Positions 13,288 through 25,158 of a stretch of DNA of 64,000 nt are shown piece by piece (position 1 is the stretch's first letter; each line of letters opens with the position of its first letter). The notes beneath the pieces were generated by a model, which was not told the DNA's origin, made no database searches, and worked only from the letters and a program-made list of their open reading frames with translations. A program made the translations under genes and the position numbers. The DNA comes from Squalus acanthias. Its lineage: Eukaryota. The stretch lies in NCBI GenBank assembly GCA_030390025.1, contig CM059432.1, positions 109,494,001 to 109,558,000 on the forward strand. The letters are read 5' to 3'.

Positions 13288-16200
13288 TCAAATTCTGCGG
13301 TTGCTGCCGCAGGCTTCTCCCAACGGTGGGAGGGCATTGACCCCTCCCTTTGATCTGCCGCAGCCTGTTGCTGCTGCGCTGGGACTGGGATCTCCCTGGG
13401 CTGCCTTAGCCTTGAGCCTACGCCTTGGGACACTCTGGGGACTTGACCATATCTTCCTGGGTTGGGGTATCCGACTTGACCTACGGAGAGCTACCAGGGG
13501 CAGGAACTCCAGGACCGACGGACCGGGTTCCGAGACTTCCACCGTGGCGACCTGTGGTCCCACCACAGTCGCTGGCTCCGCCTCCCCTGGCTCCGCCTCC
13601 CTGAACTCGGGATCTGCAGCTTGTGGCACCGCCCTACTTGGCCCAGTAGGTGGCCCTTCACTCGCAGTCCCTACCTCCCTCGAGGGCAAGATCTTCAAGG
13701 CGGGCGGCTTGGGCTCTGAGGCTTCCATCACCACGCCCTGTGGTCCCACCACAGCGGCTGGCTCCGCCCCCCCTAGCTCCGCCCCCCTGCGTTCGGGACC
13801 TGCAGCTTCGGCCTCCACCCTTTGTGGATCTCTATCTGCAGCCCCTGACCTCCCTATACTTGAATCGGGGGCGACCCTTTCGACCTCCGATTCCAGCTCC
13901 TCCTCGCTTGTGTCACTATCTTCGTCGAGCTCCTCGAGCTCTTCCTCATCTGTCTCCCAACCCCAATAAAATATCTCACATTTTTCTAGGATGTCCTCTC
14001 CCCTGATGCAAGCTGCTTTGCCTGCCTGTGTGCCCTGTGGCCCTACCTGGGGCTGCGAGTCCCCACTCGCAGGTTTGGCCCCTGTGGTTGGCCCTTGTGC
14101 ACCTGGCTTATACAGTTTGCACTGATTTACGTGGAACCACTTAGTGCGCCGAGGTACCTTTACGGCGTATACCATGGGACTCGCCTTATCTACAATACTG
14201 TAGGGTCCCATATACAGTGGTTCCAGACTCCCTACTCTGGCGTAGTTTCTGACCATGACCTGGTCTCCTACTTCCGACTCCCGCGTTTTGCGGGGTTCCA
14301 GCAACAGGCGATTGCCCTGATGCTGCCTTCCCATGTTCTCAGCCGCCTGCTCATAAACCTGCTTCAGGTGCTCCAAGAGGGTCTGGACGAACTTGTCCCT
14401 GCTTATCTCTTGGAGCTGACCCTCAGTGAGCACCGGCGCTAGCACATGGGTGGGGGTTCGCATGATCCTCCCAGTCATCACCTCGTGCGGGGAATACCCC
14501 GTACTTTTCGACTGACTGGCCCCATGAGGACTAAAGGCAGAACCTCCGCCCATTTTTGGGGCGAGTTCATAGTCTCTTTCCTCAATTTCTCCTTCAGGTT
14601 CATGCTTTCAAAATCCCGGATGACTGGGGATTGTGCGCTACGTGCCATTTCCCTTCAATGCCCAAAAGCATGAGGGTGTTCTGCATCACCTGGCCGGTGA
14701 AATTACTCCCTTGGTCTGACTCCACAAAACGGGGGAGTCCCCACCGCGAGAACACCTCCCGGACCAAGATTTTTGCAGTACCCAGTGCCGTAGCTGTTCT
14801 ACAGGGGAAGGCTTCCACCCATTTGGAAAACACATCCACCAAGACGAGGCAGTATTTATAGCCTCCCTGGGTGGTGGGCAGGGGCCCTATATAGTCGATC
14901 TGTATCGACTGCCATGGTCCCTCTACCCTCCTGATGTGCCCCATGGGCACTTTCCTTTTCTGGGGGTCTGGGTTGTTTGCAGCGCACACGAGACAGCTTG
15001 CACAGAACTCGCGGACCTGCTCCCTGAGCCCCGGCCACCATCCCGCTTGCTCTACCCGTTGCCAGGTAACCTCGGGCCCGGGGTGCCCTGCCCCCGGTCC
15101 CTCGTGAGCCAACTGGAGGAATTCCCTCCTGTGCTGCTGTGGCACAACCCACTGCTCTTCGCGGAACAGCATGCCTTCCTTAACGGAGAGGGTTGCCGTA
15201 CTGTACGGACCCTCTACCTGCTTCCCCTCAGCAAGGGTTCTGAGGACTGCTTTTAGGGCGGGATCCTGGTTCTGGACGGTCTTAAGGTCTAGGGGCAATG
15301 CTACCCTGGTGTTCCCGGGATTCCCGTCCCTGCCTTGGATCGCTGCCATGGGTCTGGGCCCATAGGGGTCCCAGAAAATGCCGTTGCGGGCACCCTCCCT
15401 GGCTAGCGCATCCGCCTGCTGGTTGCCCTCCCCACGGGGCTCTGTGGAGGAGTGAGCCTTCACCTTATGGATGAAAATCTCCCCTTCCTCCCCTACTGCT
15501 GCTAGGATCTTTTCCAGCAAGGGCTTCACTGTTAAAGGTCGCCCGTCCGCGGAGGTGTATCCACGGCGGGACCAAATGGCCAGGTATTCCGTACACGAAT
15601 TGCATGTGAACATACTGTCCGAGCAAATCGTGTATGGGGTTGGGAAAGTTTCTGGGTGGGTAACGACGTACACCACTGCCGACAGCTCAGCCTGCTGCGC
15701 GCTCATGGTGCTGGGGAGCTTAATCGCCAGGGCAAGGTTTGCCGCAGGGTCATAAACTCCACACCCTGTGAGTCGTTCGCCAGCGGACACTGTGCTGGAA
15801 CCATCAACATAAATCTCGCGCCCAGTGGGATGTATCCCGGCCCGCAAACCTATGTTGACTTCCCACACCCCTTCCACCGAACACTGGTGGGCTGTACCGG
15901 GGTATACCAAATTGGCCGCAAGCCTGGGCTCGCAAAGACCTTTAATTCTAAGATCCATCTGGGAAAGGAGAAGGGTCCAGCGCGCAATACGCACGCTGCT
16001 TACGGTCCCATCTTTAATCCTCCCATCCAGAAGCATCTTAGTTGGTGTGTGATGGGTGAGGAGAGTGATGGGAGAGAGCCCTGTGAAGAGCGCTGATCTT
16101 TTCACAGCCCAATGCGTGGCTAAAAGGTGCCTTTCGCAATTGGAGAAACTTCTCTCCACATCCGTTAACACCCTGGACGAATAGACAACCGGCCTCAGCT

Positions 16201-17619
16201 TGCCGTGACGCTTTTGGAGCAGCACAGCGCTCAAGCTGTCCCCGCTGGCAGCTACCTCCAGGAAAAACTCCTTCCCCCCATCTATGACCCCTAAAGCTGG
16301 CGCGGTCTGCAGATCCCTTTTTAACTTCTCGAAGGCTGCCTGGCAGCCCTCGTCCCAAGACCACTCCACTCCCTTATGGAGGAGTCGGAGCAGCGGCGCC
16401 GCTGTGGCCGCATAGTCTTCGATAAAATCCCTGCAGTAACCGGTCAGTCCAGAAAAGGACCTCACACCCCTTATGGTGTTGGGAATCGGTAACTCTTGCA
16501 CCGACTCCCTCCTAGCCTTATCTATGGCTCTTTCCCCAGCGCGAATGGTCAACCCGAGGAATTTTACTTCCTGCTGACCGATACGTGCTTTCTTAGGGTT
16601 CACTTTAAAACCCTTTCTCGCTAGCAGCTCCAATAACTCGGCCAGCAGTGGTCCATGCTCCTCCCTTGAGTCCGTAAATAGGAGCAAATCATCCACGTAC
16701 TGCACTATCTGATTGGGCTGACTAAACTCCTTCAAACTTCCTGCCATACACTGATGGAAAATACTGGGGCTGTTGTGGAAACCCTGTGGCAGACAGTTCC
16801 ATGTGTACTGTTGTCCTTTGAAAGTAAAGGCGGGAATGTTACTGTTAAGGACTCTGTAGTCCACCGTGGCCCTCCACGAATTATCCGGCTTCCTAACCGG
16901 CCATAATGGGGAGTTCACGTGTGTGGCTATCGGCCTCAACACGCCCTGCTGCACCAAGGAGGACATTGCTGTCTCCATATCGGGTTCTGCTTCTTTGGGG
17001 AAGTTATACTGCTTTTGGGGCCGGGTCATGGGGTCCCCATCTACGCTGACCTCAAACCCGGTAACCCTCCCACAATCGTGCTTGTGGGTCGCAAACGCGT
17101 GCATATTATCTGACACGTACGTTTGCATGTCCGTTGGGACATCCGCGACCATAAGCCTGAGGTCGTAGCCTCCGGATGGCTTCATGGTACACAGGGCCCC
17201 TGTTCCTTCCTCCCCCGGAATTACCACTACCTCGCCTTCTTCACCCTTAGTCCCCCAGAGACAGTGATTCCTGAGGTCCACGAGGATCCCGTGCCCCGAT
17301 AGGAGATCGGACCCGAGGATGCCTCTCCCACCCCCCTCTTGCCATTTCATCAGCACGTGGTGTGGAGTGCTCCTAAATGAATGGATAGCGGAAGGGAGAA
17401 CGCGCCAGCCTGTTCTTTTCCCGTGAACCCCGCTAATGTGAATGGGACCTTGGTAGATAGCGGTGAGTCAAAAGGGCTATCTGTATGAATCACGGTGCAT
17501 GAAGCTCCCGTGTCCAACAAATAACTACCCTTCTGTTGCTCTACCTCCATCTCCACCAGGGGTCGCTTCCACGCATCATAGCTGAGCGGACACAGGTAGA
17601 AGGACTGTGCGGGCTCTAG
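13288..17619 (-). pseudogene. pol: pro-pol (protease, RT, tether, RNase H, integrase, acidic tail); disrupted
   Basis: LLDTGAS, ILGSD, LPQGF/YVDD, LEVAAS tether, YVDGS..AEL..SDS..KAH..NQQAD RNase H, HHCC, IDYIGP..SDQG, MGPY; frameshifts at ~17355 and ~14520-14610. Confidence 0.93.
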
Positions 17620-19422
17620 TCATTGGGTACTATTGGACGGGGCTGCGGCACCTGTGGGGCCGGTAGCAACCGCCACCCTTCCATGCGCACTCATGAGGGT
17701 GCGCATGGCTCCCAACACTGATTCGATCGCGTCGGGATGGATGGGTGCACTAGCTCCCCTATCAGAGACAGGCGCCTGGGCTCGGACTGCGGGATTTTTA
17801 TCCCTGGAATCCTTCCAAGGGTTCCTGCAGTTCTTGCGCCAGTGCCCTGTCTTCCCACACCCGTAACAAGCATTGCTGGCTTGCGGGGCGCGGTTACCCT
17901 CCTGATGCCACTCCTTTTGAGCCGGGGCTGCGGGTCGTACCTCATGCACCTTTCCCTTAAGGGGACGTGCTCCCATACCCCTGGTATTATGGTACCCTAC
18001 CGTGAGTCGATTTAGGACCGACTCCTCTGTAGTGGCGGGGTCAGTGGGATCAAACCACGCTTTTGCCTGCTCCCTGACGGCTGGCAAACTGTTGGCTACT
18101 ATACACCTGAGCCAATGAGTTAAACCGACGCCGTCCAAATCGGCGCGCTCTGGCGCACCTGGGCAGCTACGCTGGTATACTGGCCACAGCCTGTCGGCGA
18201 AAACCTTCGGGGGTTCTCCCTCCATCTGCACTGTTTGTCCCAGTCTAACGAACGGACCTTCATCGTCCATTCCCAACACTTCTAGGACCTCATCTCTTAG
18301 CTCCCCATAGGTATTAATTCCCCTCTTGCTCTCGTCTGAGAGACACTGAAGGATCGAGCTGTCTAGTGAGAATAACAGCATTTTTGCTTTTTCCCCATCA
18401 TCGCAGCCGTTAATGGCTGCGGTTTGCTCTACTTCCCTGAAATGTACGGAAGGGTCGTCTGACTCGGCCAGCTTCCGTACGTGACTGATCATAACCCTCA
18501 GCTGGTGTGAGCTGTGAGGCAACACAAGCTGGTTGAGGAGATCCCCCTGTTCCCCATCTGTTCCGTTCGGGCCCCTTTTGATACCCGTGACCGGACACAA
18601 CGGTCCCGGCTTCACTTCTACCTCAGTGGGCTCTTTCTTTACTTCTACCACTTCCTCCCTCACCCAGGTTGCCGAATAGCTGGGTGGCGCGGAGGGCATA
18701 GTGGCTAATACTTCCTCTGCTTTGTTCGGTGGGGATTTCTGAAATCCCTCATCCACTAGCGGCTGGTGTGCTGACGGGCTGATAAGGCACACCATGCCGT
18801 GCGCTTTGTTCAAGGCCTTTTTAAGGTTCCCTATCTCTTTTTGGCAGACGCTGTGATCGGCCCCCTGAAATTTAGCCTCGAGGGCCATCTTATATGCCGC
18901 CCTAACCCCCGTTAAGCTCTCTTCCTGGACTTTTATTTGGGCAGCTAGGCGGGCACATCGTTCCTTTAATCTACCCTCACTTAACTTTGCCTCAGTGACC
19001 TGGCACTCGAGGTAATCTATTTTTGCTTCATGGTGGTTGGCGACTAACTGGCGTTCTTGATGCAACGCATTTAAAGTCGTGATGAGCTGCTGCCCCCCCG
19101 CGACCTTCTCGTCCATTTCCACCTCTAAACTCTTGATCTGAGCTGCCTGCGCTAAGATGACCTGGTCCGAAATTTGGACTTGTCTTTTATAGCACATCAG
19201 CCAGACCGCTTTCTCCACTGTTTTTTTATGTTCCTTGCTATCTGTCCACCTCTCGGCTGCCTCTAGTGGACGCTTATCCACCAGCAGGTCACTTATCCAT
19301 TTCTTAGTCAAATTCACCTTTCCAAACACATCTGCTATTCTCTCTTCCATGACATTTCGCCCATTCATACCAGGGTCTAACACATTATTCTCTCGCTGCC
19401 AATGTCCTGCCGCGGTCGCCAT
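17620..19422 (-). CDS. gag: Gag polyprotein (600 aa, open)
   Basis: N-terminal coiled coil, PSAPPSY (18676-18696), CYGCGKTGHWRKNC knuckle (17827-17868); true start codon uncertain. Confidence 0.9.
   Translation of the reverse strand: MATAAGHWQRENNVLDPGMNGRNVMEERIADVFGKVNLTKKWISDLLVDKRPLEAAERWTDSKEHKKTVEKAVWLMCYKRQVQISDQVILAQAAQIKSLEVEMDEKVAGGQQLITTLNALHQERQLVANHHEAKIDYLECQVTEAKLSEGRLKERCARLAAQIKVQEESLTGVRAAYKMALEAKFQGADHSVCQKEIGNLKKALNKAHGMVCLISPSAHQPLVDEGFQKSPPNKAEEVLATMPSAPPSYSATWVREEVVEVKKEPTEVEVKPGPLCPVTGIKRGPNGTDGEQGDLLNQLVLPHSSHQLRVMISHVRKLAESDDPSVHFREVEQTAAINGCDDGEKAKMLLFSLDSSILQCLSDESKRGINTYGELRDEVLEVLGMDDEGPFVRLGQTVQMEGEPPKVFADRLWPVYQRSCPGAPERADLDGVGLTHWLRCIVANSLPAVREQAKAWFDPTDPATTEESVLNRLTVGYHNTRGMGARPLKGKVHEVRPAAPAQKEWHQEGNRAPQASNACYGCGKTGHWRKNCRNPWKDSRDKNPAVRAQAPVSDRGASAPIHPDAIESVLGAMRTLMSAHGRVAVATGPTGAAAPSNSTQ
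19405..19421 (-). promoter_or_regulatory. Primer binding site (tRNA-Ser-like, imperfect)
   Basis: TGGCGACCGCGGCAGGA 5 nt after the 5' LTR; resembles tRNA-Ser PBS TGGCGTAGTCGGCAGGA. Confidence 0.6.
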
Positions 19423-19426
19423 TTTC

Positions 19427-21077
19427 TGTAAGGGGTGACACGCCTGTGGCTCTGTGCTTAGCCTGGGTGCTAGTGCGAGGTTAGGCCTTGTTGCCTGTTC
19501 TGGTCTCCAGCCAGCCTGGTAGCACTAGACACCTGTGAGTGGTTCGACCCACTCGCCCTTACGGTTCTGACACTGGACTTAGGTGCGAGAGCAATAATGA
19601 AGAGAAAACTCAGGTAGACCCGGTTGAATAGTGCGAAATGGAAAATCTTTATTGCATATTATTCGAGATTACGAAATACATGTCATAAGCACAGATTAAT
19701 GACAGTACAATCTTACACGCAGTTATGTAGCTAATTTTAGGGAAACGAGGAGCGCACGACACATCGAAAAAGGGGGCACACATTACAATTATCCTTAAAA
19801 CTTAAACCCTCCCCTATCAATACCTGTCCTAAACTAGATTTGTAGGATCGAGACTCATGCTCACCACTCGTGATAACTCGGAGAATTCCGAAACTCTGCT
19901 CGGATGTTTTTACCGCAGCACCTGACCACCCACGTGTTGATCAGGGGTCTCTGTACCCCACTTGTTTACTCGTTTCTGCTCCGGCTAGCAGGCTGGACCG
20001 TCTGCTGTCATGAAGATCTGTGTTGTCCTCGGAGTTCCGACACGACTCGAAAAATAGTCTTCCTGTGCCCTCGCACCGATGCGATAAAACTCGAAGAATG
20101 GTCTTCCTGTGCCCTCACGCCAGTTTGTAAAACTCAAAGAATAGTCTTCCTGGGCAAGGAAAGTGTTTATTCGACCTACAGGCGCGGTCGGGGCTTACTG
20201 ACCGTGGTGATACGTATGGTCGTCTTCTTCTCTTCTCATCTCATCTCATCTCATCTCATCTCATCTCGGGCCTTCGGTTCCAACACCGTTTACCGACTTC
20301 TCGGGATGGTGTGCCCTTTCAAGGCTTCACAGCCCAGTTCTACACAGATCTTCGCGGCAAGCCACGAGGTTGATCCTGGCGGATCAGAAAGTTCAAAAGT
20401 CTTCTAGCAAGTCGAGCAGCAAGAGTCAGGATCCAAGAGTCAAGAGAGAGATGGACGGTTGTACCTTACAGTTATAGTGCTGTAATTCCTCTTTTCCCGC
20501 CCATTCTTAATGTCTTTTCTTTTGTCAGGGTTTTGGCGCTCAAACTTCTTGTATAGGGTGATCTCCGTTTAATGGGTTTCGGTGATACTTGTAACTGTCT
20601 GAGTACCCGTTAATACTTCTCCCATTGTGGAACCGGTCAGTTTTCTCCCTGGAGGGGTTTTGGGGCGTCCAAATGTTTTTGTAACTACCCGCAAACGGCT
20701 CTCTCATCGTAGAGTCGTGGGGATTTTGCATATTAATGTCTTTGGATGGGTTCTTGATCGCTCGGTACAATAGCCCTTATTCGCACCTGGGAGACCGATT
20801 CCAGTATTTATGTGTAAAATGCAAACCCATTATGTCTTGTGAATTATCTCAAATGTGCTGAGTCTTGTCCGATCTCGCACAAATGTTTATTGGAACGCCA
20901 TCTTGTCTGCTTATCGAAAAGTCTAGAACATTCTGCCACGAGGCGTGGCGGCCATTTTACAGGCTGCTTGTGTCCACTTTGAAAACCTGACAGCATTCTG
21001 CTGAAATAAAGCTGTTTGTACGAAACTATATGTCTCCTCCTTATTTATAAAATCGCGATAATTTTGCGAACTCTACG
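19427..21077 (-). repeat. 5' LTR (1651 bp)
   Basis: Copy of 8514-10174 with about 7 substitutions and two fewer TCTCA units. Confidence 0.97.
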
Positions 21078-22705
21078 GAACTTGGAGGTGGTGGTGTTCC
21101 CATGCACCTGTTGCCCTTGTTGTTCTAGGTGGTAGAGGTTGCGGGTTTGGGAGGTGCTGCCGAAGAAGCCATGGTGAGTTACTGCAGTGCATATTGTAGC
21201 TGTACATACTGCAGCCACAGTACGCTGGTGATGGAGGAAGTGAATGTTTAAGGTGATGAATGCGGTGCCAATCAAGTGGGCTGCTTTGTCATGGATGGTG
21301 TTCAGCTTCTTGAGTGTTGTTGGAGCTGCACTCATCCAGGCAAGTGGAGAGTATTCCATCACACTCCTGGCTTGTGTCTTGTAGATGGTGGAAAGGCTTT
21401 GTGGAGTCAGGAGGGGAGTCACTTGTCGCAGAATACCTAGCCTCTGACCTGCTCTGTAGCCACAGTATTTATGTGGTCCAGTTAAGTTTCTGGTCAATGG
21501 TGACCCCCAGGATGTTGATGGTGGGGGATTCGACAATGGTAATGCTGTTGAATGTCAAGGGAAGGTGGTTAGACTCTCTTTTGTTGGCGATAGTCATTAC
21601 CTGGCACTTGTGTGGTGCGAATGTTACCTGCCACTTATCAGCCCAAGCCTGAATGTCGTCCAGGTCTTGCTGCATGTGGGCGCAGACTGCTTCATTATCT
21701 AAGGAGTCGTGAATGGAACTGAACACTGTGCAATCATCAGCGAACAGCCCCACTTCTGACTTATGATGGAGGGAAGGTCATTGATGAAGCAACTGAAGAT
21801 GGTTGGGCCTGAGGAACTCCTGCAGGATGTCCTGGGGCTGTGATGATTGGCTTCCAACAACCACAACCATCTTCCTTTGTGCGAGGTATGACTCCAGCCA
21901 GTGGAGAGTTTTCCCTCTGATTCCCATTGACTTAAATTTTACAAGAACTCCTTGATGCCACACTCAGTCAAATGCTGCCTTGATGTCAAGGGCAGTCACT
22001 CTCACCTCACCTCTGGAATTCAGCTCCTTTGTCCATGTTTGGACCAAGGCTGTAATGAGTTCTGGAGCCGAGTGGTCCTGGTGGAACCCAAACTGAGCAT
22101 TGGTGATCAGGTTATTGGTGAGTAAGTGTCGCTTGATAGCACTGTCAACGACACCTTCCATCACTTTGCTGATGATTGAGAGTAGACTGATGGGGCGGTA
22201 ATTGGCCAGATTGGATTTGTCCTGCTTTTGTGGACAGGAGATACCTGCGCAGTTTTCCACATTGTCGGGTAGTTGCCAGTGTTGTAGCTGTACTGGAACA
22301 GCTTGGCTAGAGGTGCGGCTAGTTCAGGAGCACAAGTCTTCAGCACAACAGCCGGGATGTTGTCAGGGCCCATAGCCTTTGCTGTATCCAGCACGCTCAG
22401 CCATTTCTTGATATCACATGGACTGAATCGAATTGGCTGAAGACTGGCTTCTTTGATGGTGGGGACCACAGGAGGAGGCCGAGATGGATCATCCACTCAG
22501 TACTTCTTGCTGAAGATGGTTGCAAATGCTTTAGCCTTGTCTTTTGCACTCACGTGCTGGACTCCGCAATCATTGAGGATGGGGATGTTCATGGAGCCTC
22601 TTCCTTCCGTTAGTTGTTTCATTGCCCACCACCATTCACAATTGGATGTGCAGGACTGTAGAGCTTTGATCTGATCCATTGGTTGTGGGATCGCTTAGCT
22701 CTGTC
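21078..22705 (-). mobile_element. CR1/L2-clade LINE ORF2 remnant (host of the provirus)
   Basis: KAMGPDNIP, NYRPISLLS, DIKAAFD, FADD across frameshifted ORFs. Confidence 0.85.
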
Positions 22706-23367
22706 CTCCCTGTTTGGAGCGCAGAGAATTTTAGCCGCCTTTGTTGACCGATTGCCTTGAGATTAACGTGTCAGGCAACCAAAGGCAGGAGTGTGGGTGC
22801 AGGTCTATTGGAGGTGGGAGATCATGATAAAATCTCCTGAAATACGATCCAACCAGATTTGGCAACCTAATGGGATTACTACTTTGCTGCATTATGTAGG
22901 AATGCAGCTTCTCACTGCTGAGAGTTGTGCTGGTCTGTGCACCTCAGCCAGCCATCTTATCCCTTCAGACAGGCTGAGCAAATATAGGAGTGGGTCTGAA
23001 GGATCTCAGGGCTAAAAATTCAGTATTGCCCTTTTTGGGGCGCAATTATCGGCCAGGCGCAAAAATTAGCGCCTGGCGCTAATTATCGCCACCGACTGGA
23101 AACTTCACTTTTAACGCCCCGGGAGGTGACTGGAGCGCTAAATCAGGCGCTGCACACCTGTCTTAAGGCGCAAAGGCCGAGGAGTGAGGCGCTACCTCAG
23201 AGCGCGAGCGCAGCGCAGCTGCTGCCAGTTAGCGAGGGAACACAGACACACTGGCGCCGGCCAGTTCTTAAAGGGGGGGGGGCGATCTTGCTCCCCAGCC
23301 ACACCCTGCTCATTGCAGCCTTGAATCTCGGCCTGGAGAGACCTGACCTTCAATTTTCCAGCCAAGA

Positions 23368-25158
23368 ATGGAGAGGGCGAGAGAGCGAGCTCAGCGCTTC
23401 AGCGAGCGGGCCTTGGATGCTCTGGTTGGCGCGGTGGAGCGCCACGGATCCACACTGTACCCTGAGAGTGGCAGGAGGCCTTTGCCGCGCGACTACAGAA
23501 GGGTGTGGAGGGAGGTGTCTCAGCACGTCTCCTCCAGGAGCATGGTGCCCAGGACACATATACAATGCCGGAAAAAGTTCAACGACCTCACTCGGGTCGT
23601 CAGGGTGAGTGGCTTTTTTGCAATACCTCTCCATTCCTCCATCTCAGCCTCACTCTATGGCCAGAGGGTCTTAAAACCACAATTAACAACACTCATCCAA
23701 CACCTATGGCCCTTTCATGAAGCACACACACACATTCCACACTTTGCATACAGTAAGGGCTATTCACCTATGGGAGGCACATCAGGCAAGACCATGGCTG
23801 TAGTACAGTAAGGGCTATTCACCTATGGGAGGCACATCAGGCAAGACCATGGCTGTATATTTACTCAGACGGCGTCTTTTTTCTTGCAGGCCAAGCTGGC
23901 GCACAATCGGAGACAGCAGCAGCGGACGGGTGGAGGGCCGCCTCAGCTGCAACCCCTCAGCGATCTGGAGGAGCGCGTCCACAGGATTGTGGCAAGCCGG
24001 GTGATCGGTCCCGTCGCCACTGGAGACGCCGACCGCGTTCTGGACAGCAATGGTAAGGTCATCACCTTTTTGTCCTCTGTCCTTCCACTTGTCCCTCACA
24101 ACACCAGCCTTTGACACTTTCAATCCAACTTACTAACTCGCTGCACTTATTCCTCCCTTACTGCCACCCTGTCCTCACACTAAAGCCACTCTTGTACCTC
24201 CCTGCTTTCAGATGGTGATTCACCAGCTGAGGAGATGGGCCCTGAAGCTGCCAGTGGGAGTGAGGCTGCAGCTGAGGAGGAAGAGGAAGCCGGACCATCA
24301 GAGCCACCCTCTCCCGAGGAAGCCCATGCCGACACTGAGGTCACGCCTTCCCTGGAGGGGAGCAGGGGGGAAGGGTCTGATGAGGGTGAAGCTCCAGGAC
24401 CCAGCGGGCTGCAGCAACGCCATGGGGGTAGGGAAGCACGGGGGCCTTCTCCCCGGAGGGAGAGTAGGCCAGCGAGTCCTGCTGCACTGGACGCAGAGGA
24501 GGAGCGGCTGATCACGAAAATGAACAGCCAGGCGGTGGCCATGCACACTGAGCTCATGGCTGCATTGGGTAGGGTGCCCGAATGCATTGAAGCACTGGCA
24601 AGGAGTGTGGAGCACTTCGCTGCAGCGCAGGCGGATGCGACACTGACGCTCAGTGCTGCCATTCAATCTCAGACTGCTCCCATGCAGACTCAGATTGAGG
24701 CCACGCGAGCACTGTCTGCTGCCATCCTCACTGGTTCGGACACATTTCCCCGGGGCTCTCACCGAGCCGCAGCAGGCTAGCAATCTGTGCTCCAGCAGAT
24801 TGCTCCGGATGCTGAGGTGCTGCCCCGTGGGAGTGCCAGTGTGCCGGTCGAGCAGGGAGTTGCTGTCCTCGCTCAAGATGACAGCATTCCTGCTGCCACC
24901 ACTGTCACTTCTCCACTGCAGTTGCCACCGCCTGTGGGACAGACTGCTGCCGCCCATGCAGAGTTGGTGCAGTCTGCAGCAGGGCCCTCCAGGCCCAGAA
25001 CTGGTCGAGGCCGTCCCTCAAGGGCATCTGCATTGTCAGGGCCTGACAGTCAGCAGCCTTCCACCAGCCTTGCTGCAGCCACTGAGGTCCCATTGCGGAG
25101 GAGCAGTAGGGTAAGAAGGGGGGAAGGGCGCACGGGAAGGAGGTCACCCTCGATGTAG
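23368..25158 (+). pseudogene. Harbinger Myb/SANT-like DNA-binding protein, 3 exons (23368-23604, 23890-24052, 24212-25158), one in-frame TAG at 24778
   Basis: RFSERAL..W..V..RT..QCRKKFNDL, TGGG motif; GT-AG introns keep frame (phase 0 and 1). Confidence 0.85.

Larger units (their letters stand above)
8514..21077 (-). mobile_element. Endogenous env-bearing LTR retroelement, lokiretrovirus-like provirus (LTR-gag-pro-pol-env-LTR)
   Basis: Two ~1.65-kb LTRs, TSD GAAC (or GGAAC), PBS, PPT, and gag/pro/RT/2xRNaseH/IN/env motifs in retroviral order. Confidence 0.9.

Noticed and set aside
23748..23858. ~55-bp tandem repeat as CRISPR-like or regulatory array
   Set aside because: Only two copies with no spacers; simple duplication in an intron
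24778..24786. TAG CAA TCT as programmed readthrough in the Myb gene
   Set aside because: Does not fit CARYYA; a point nonsense mutation is simpler
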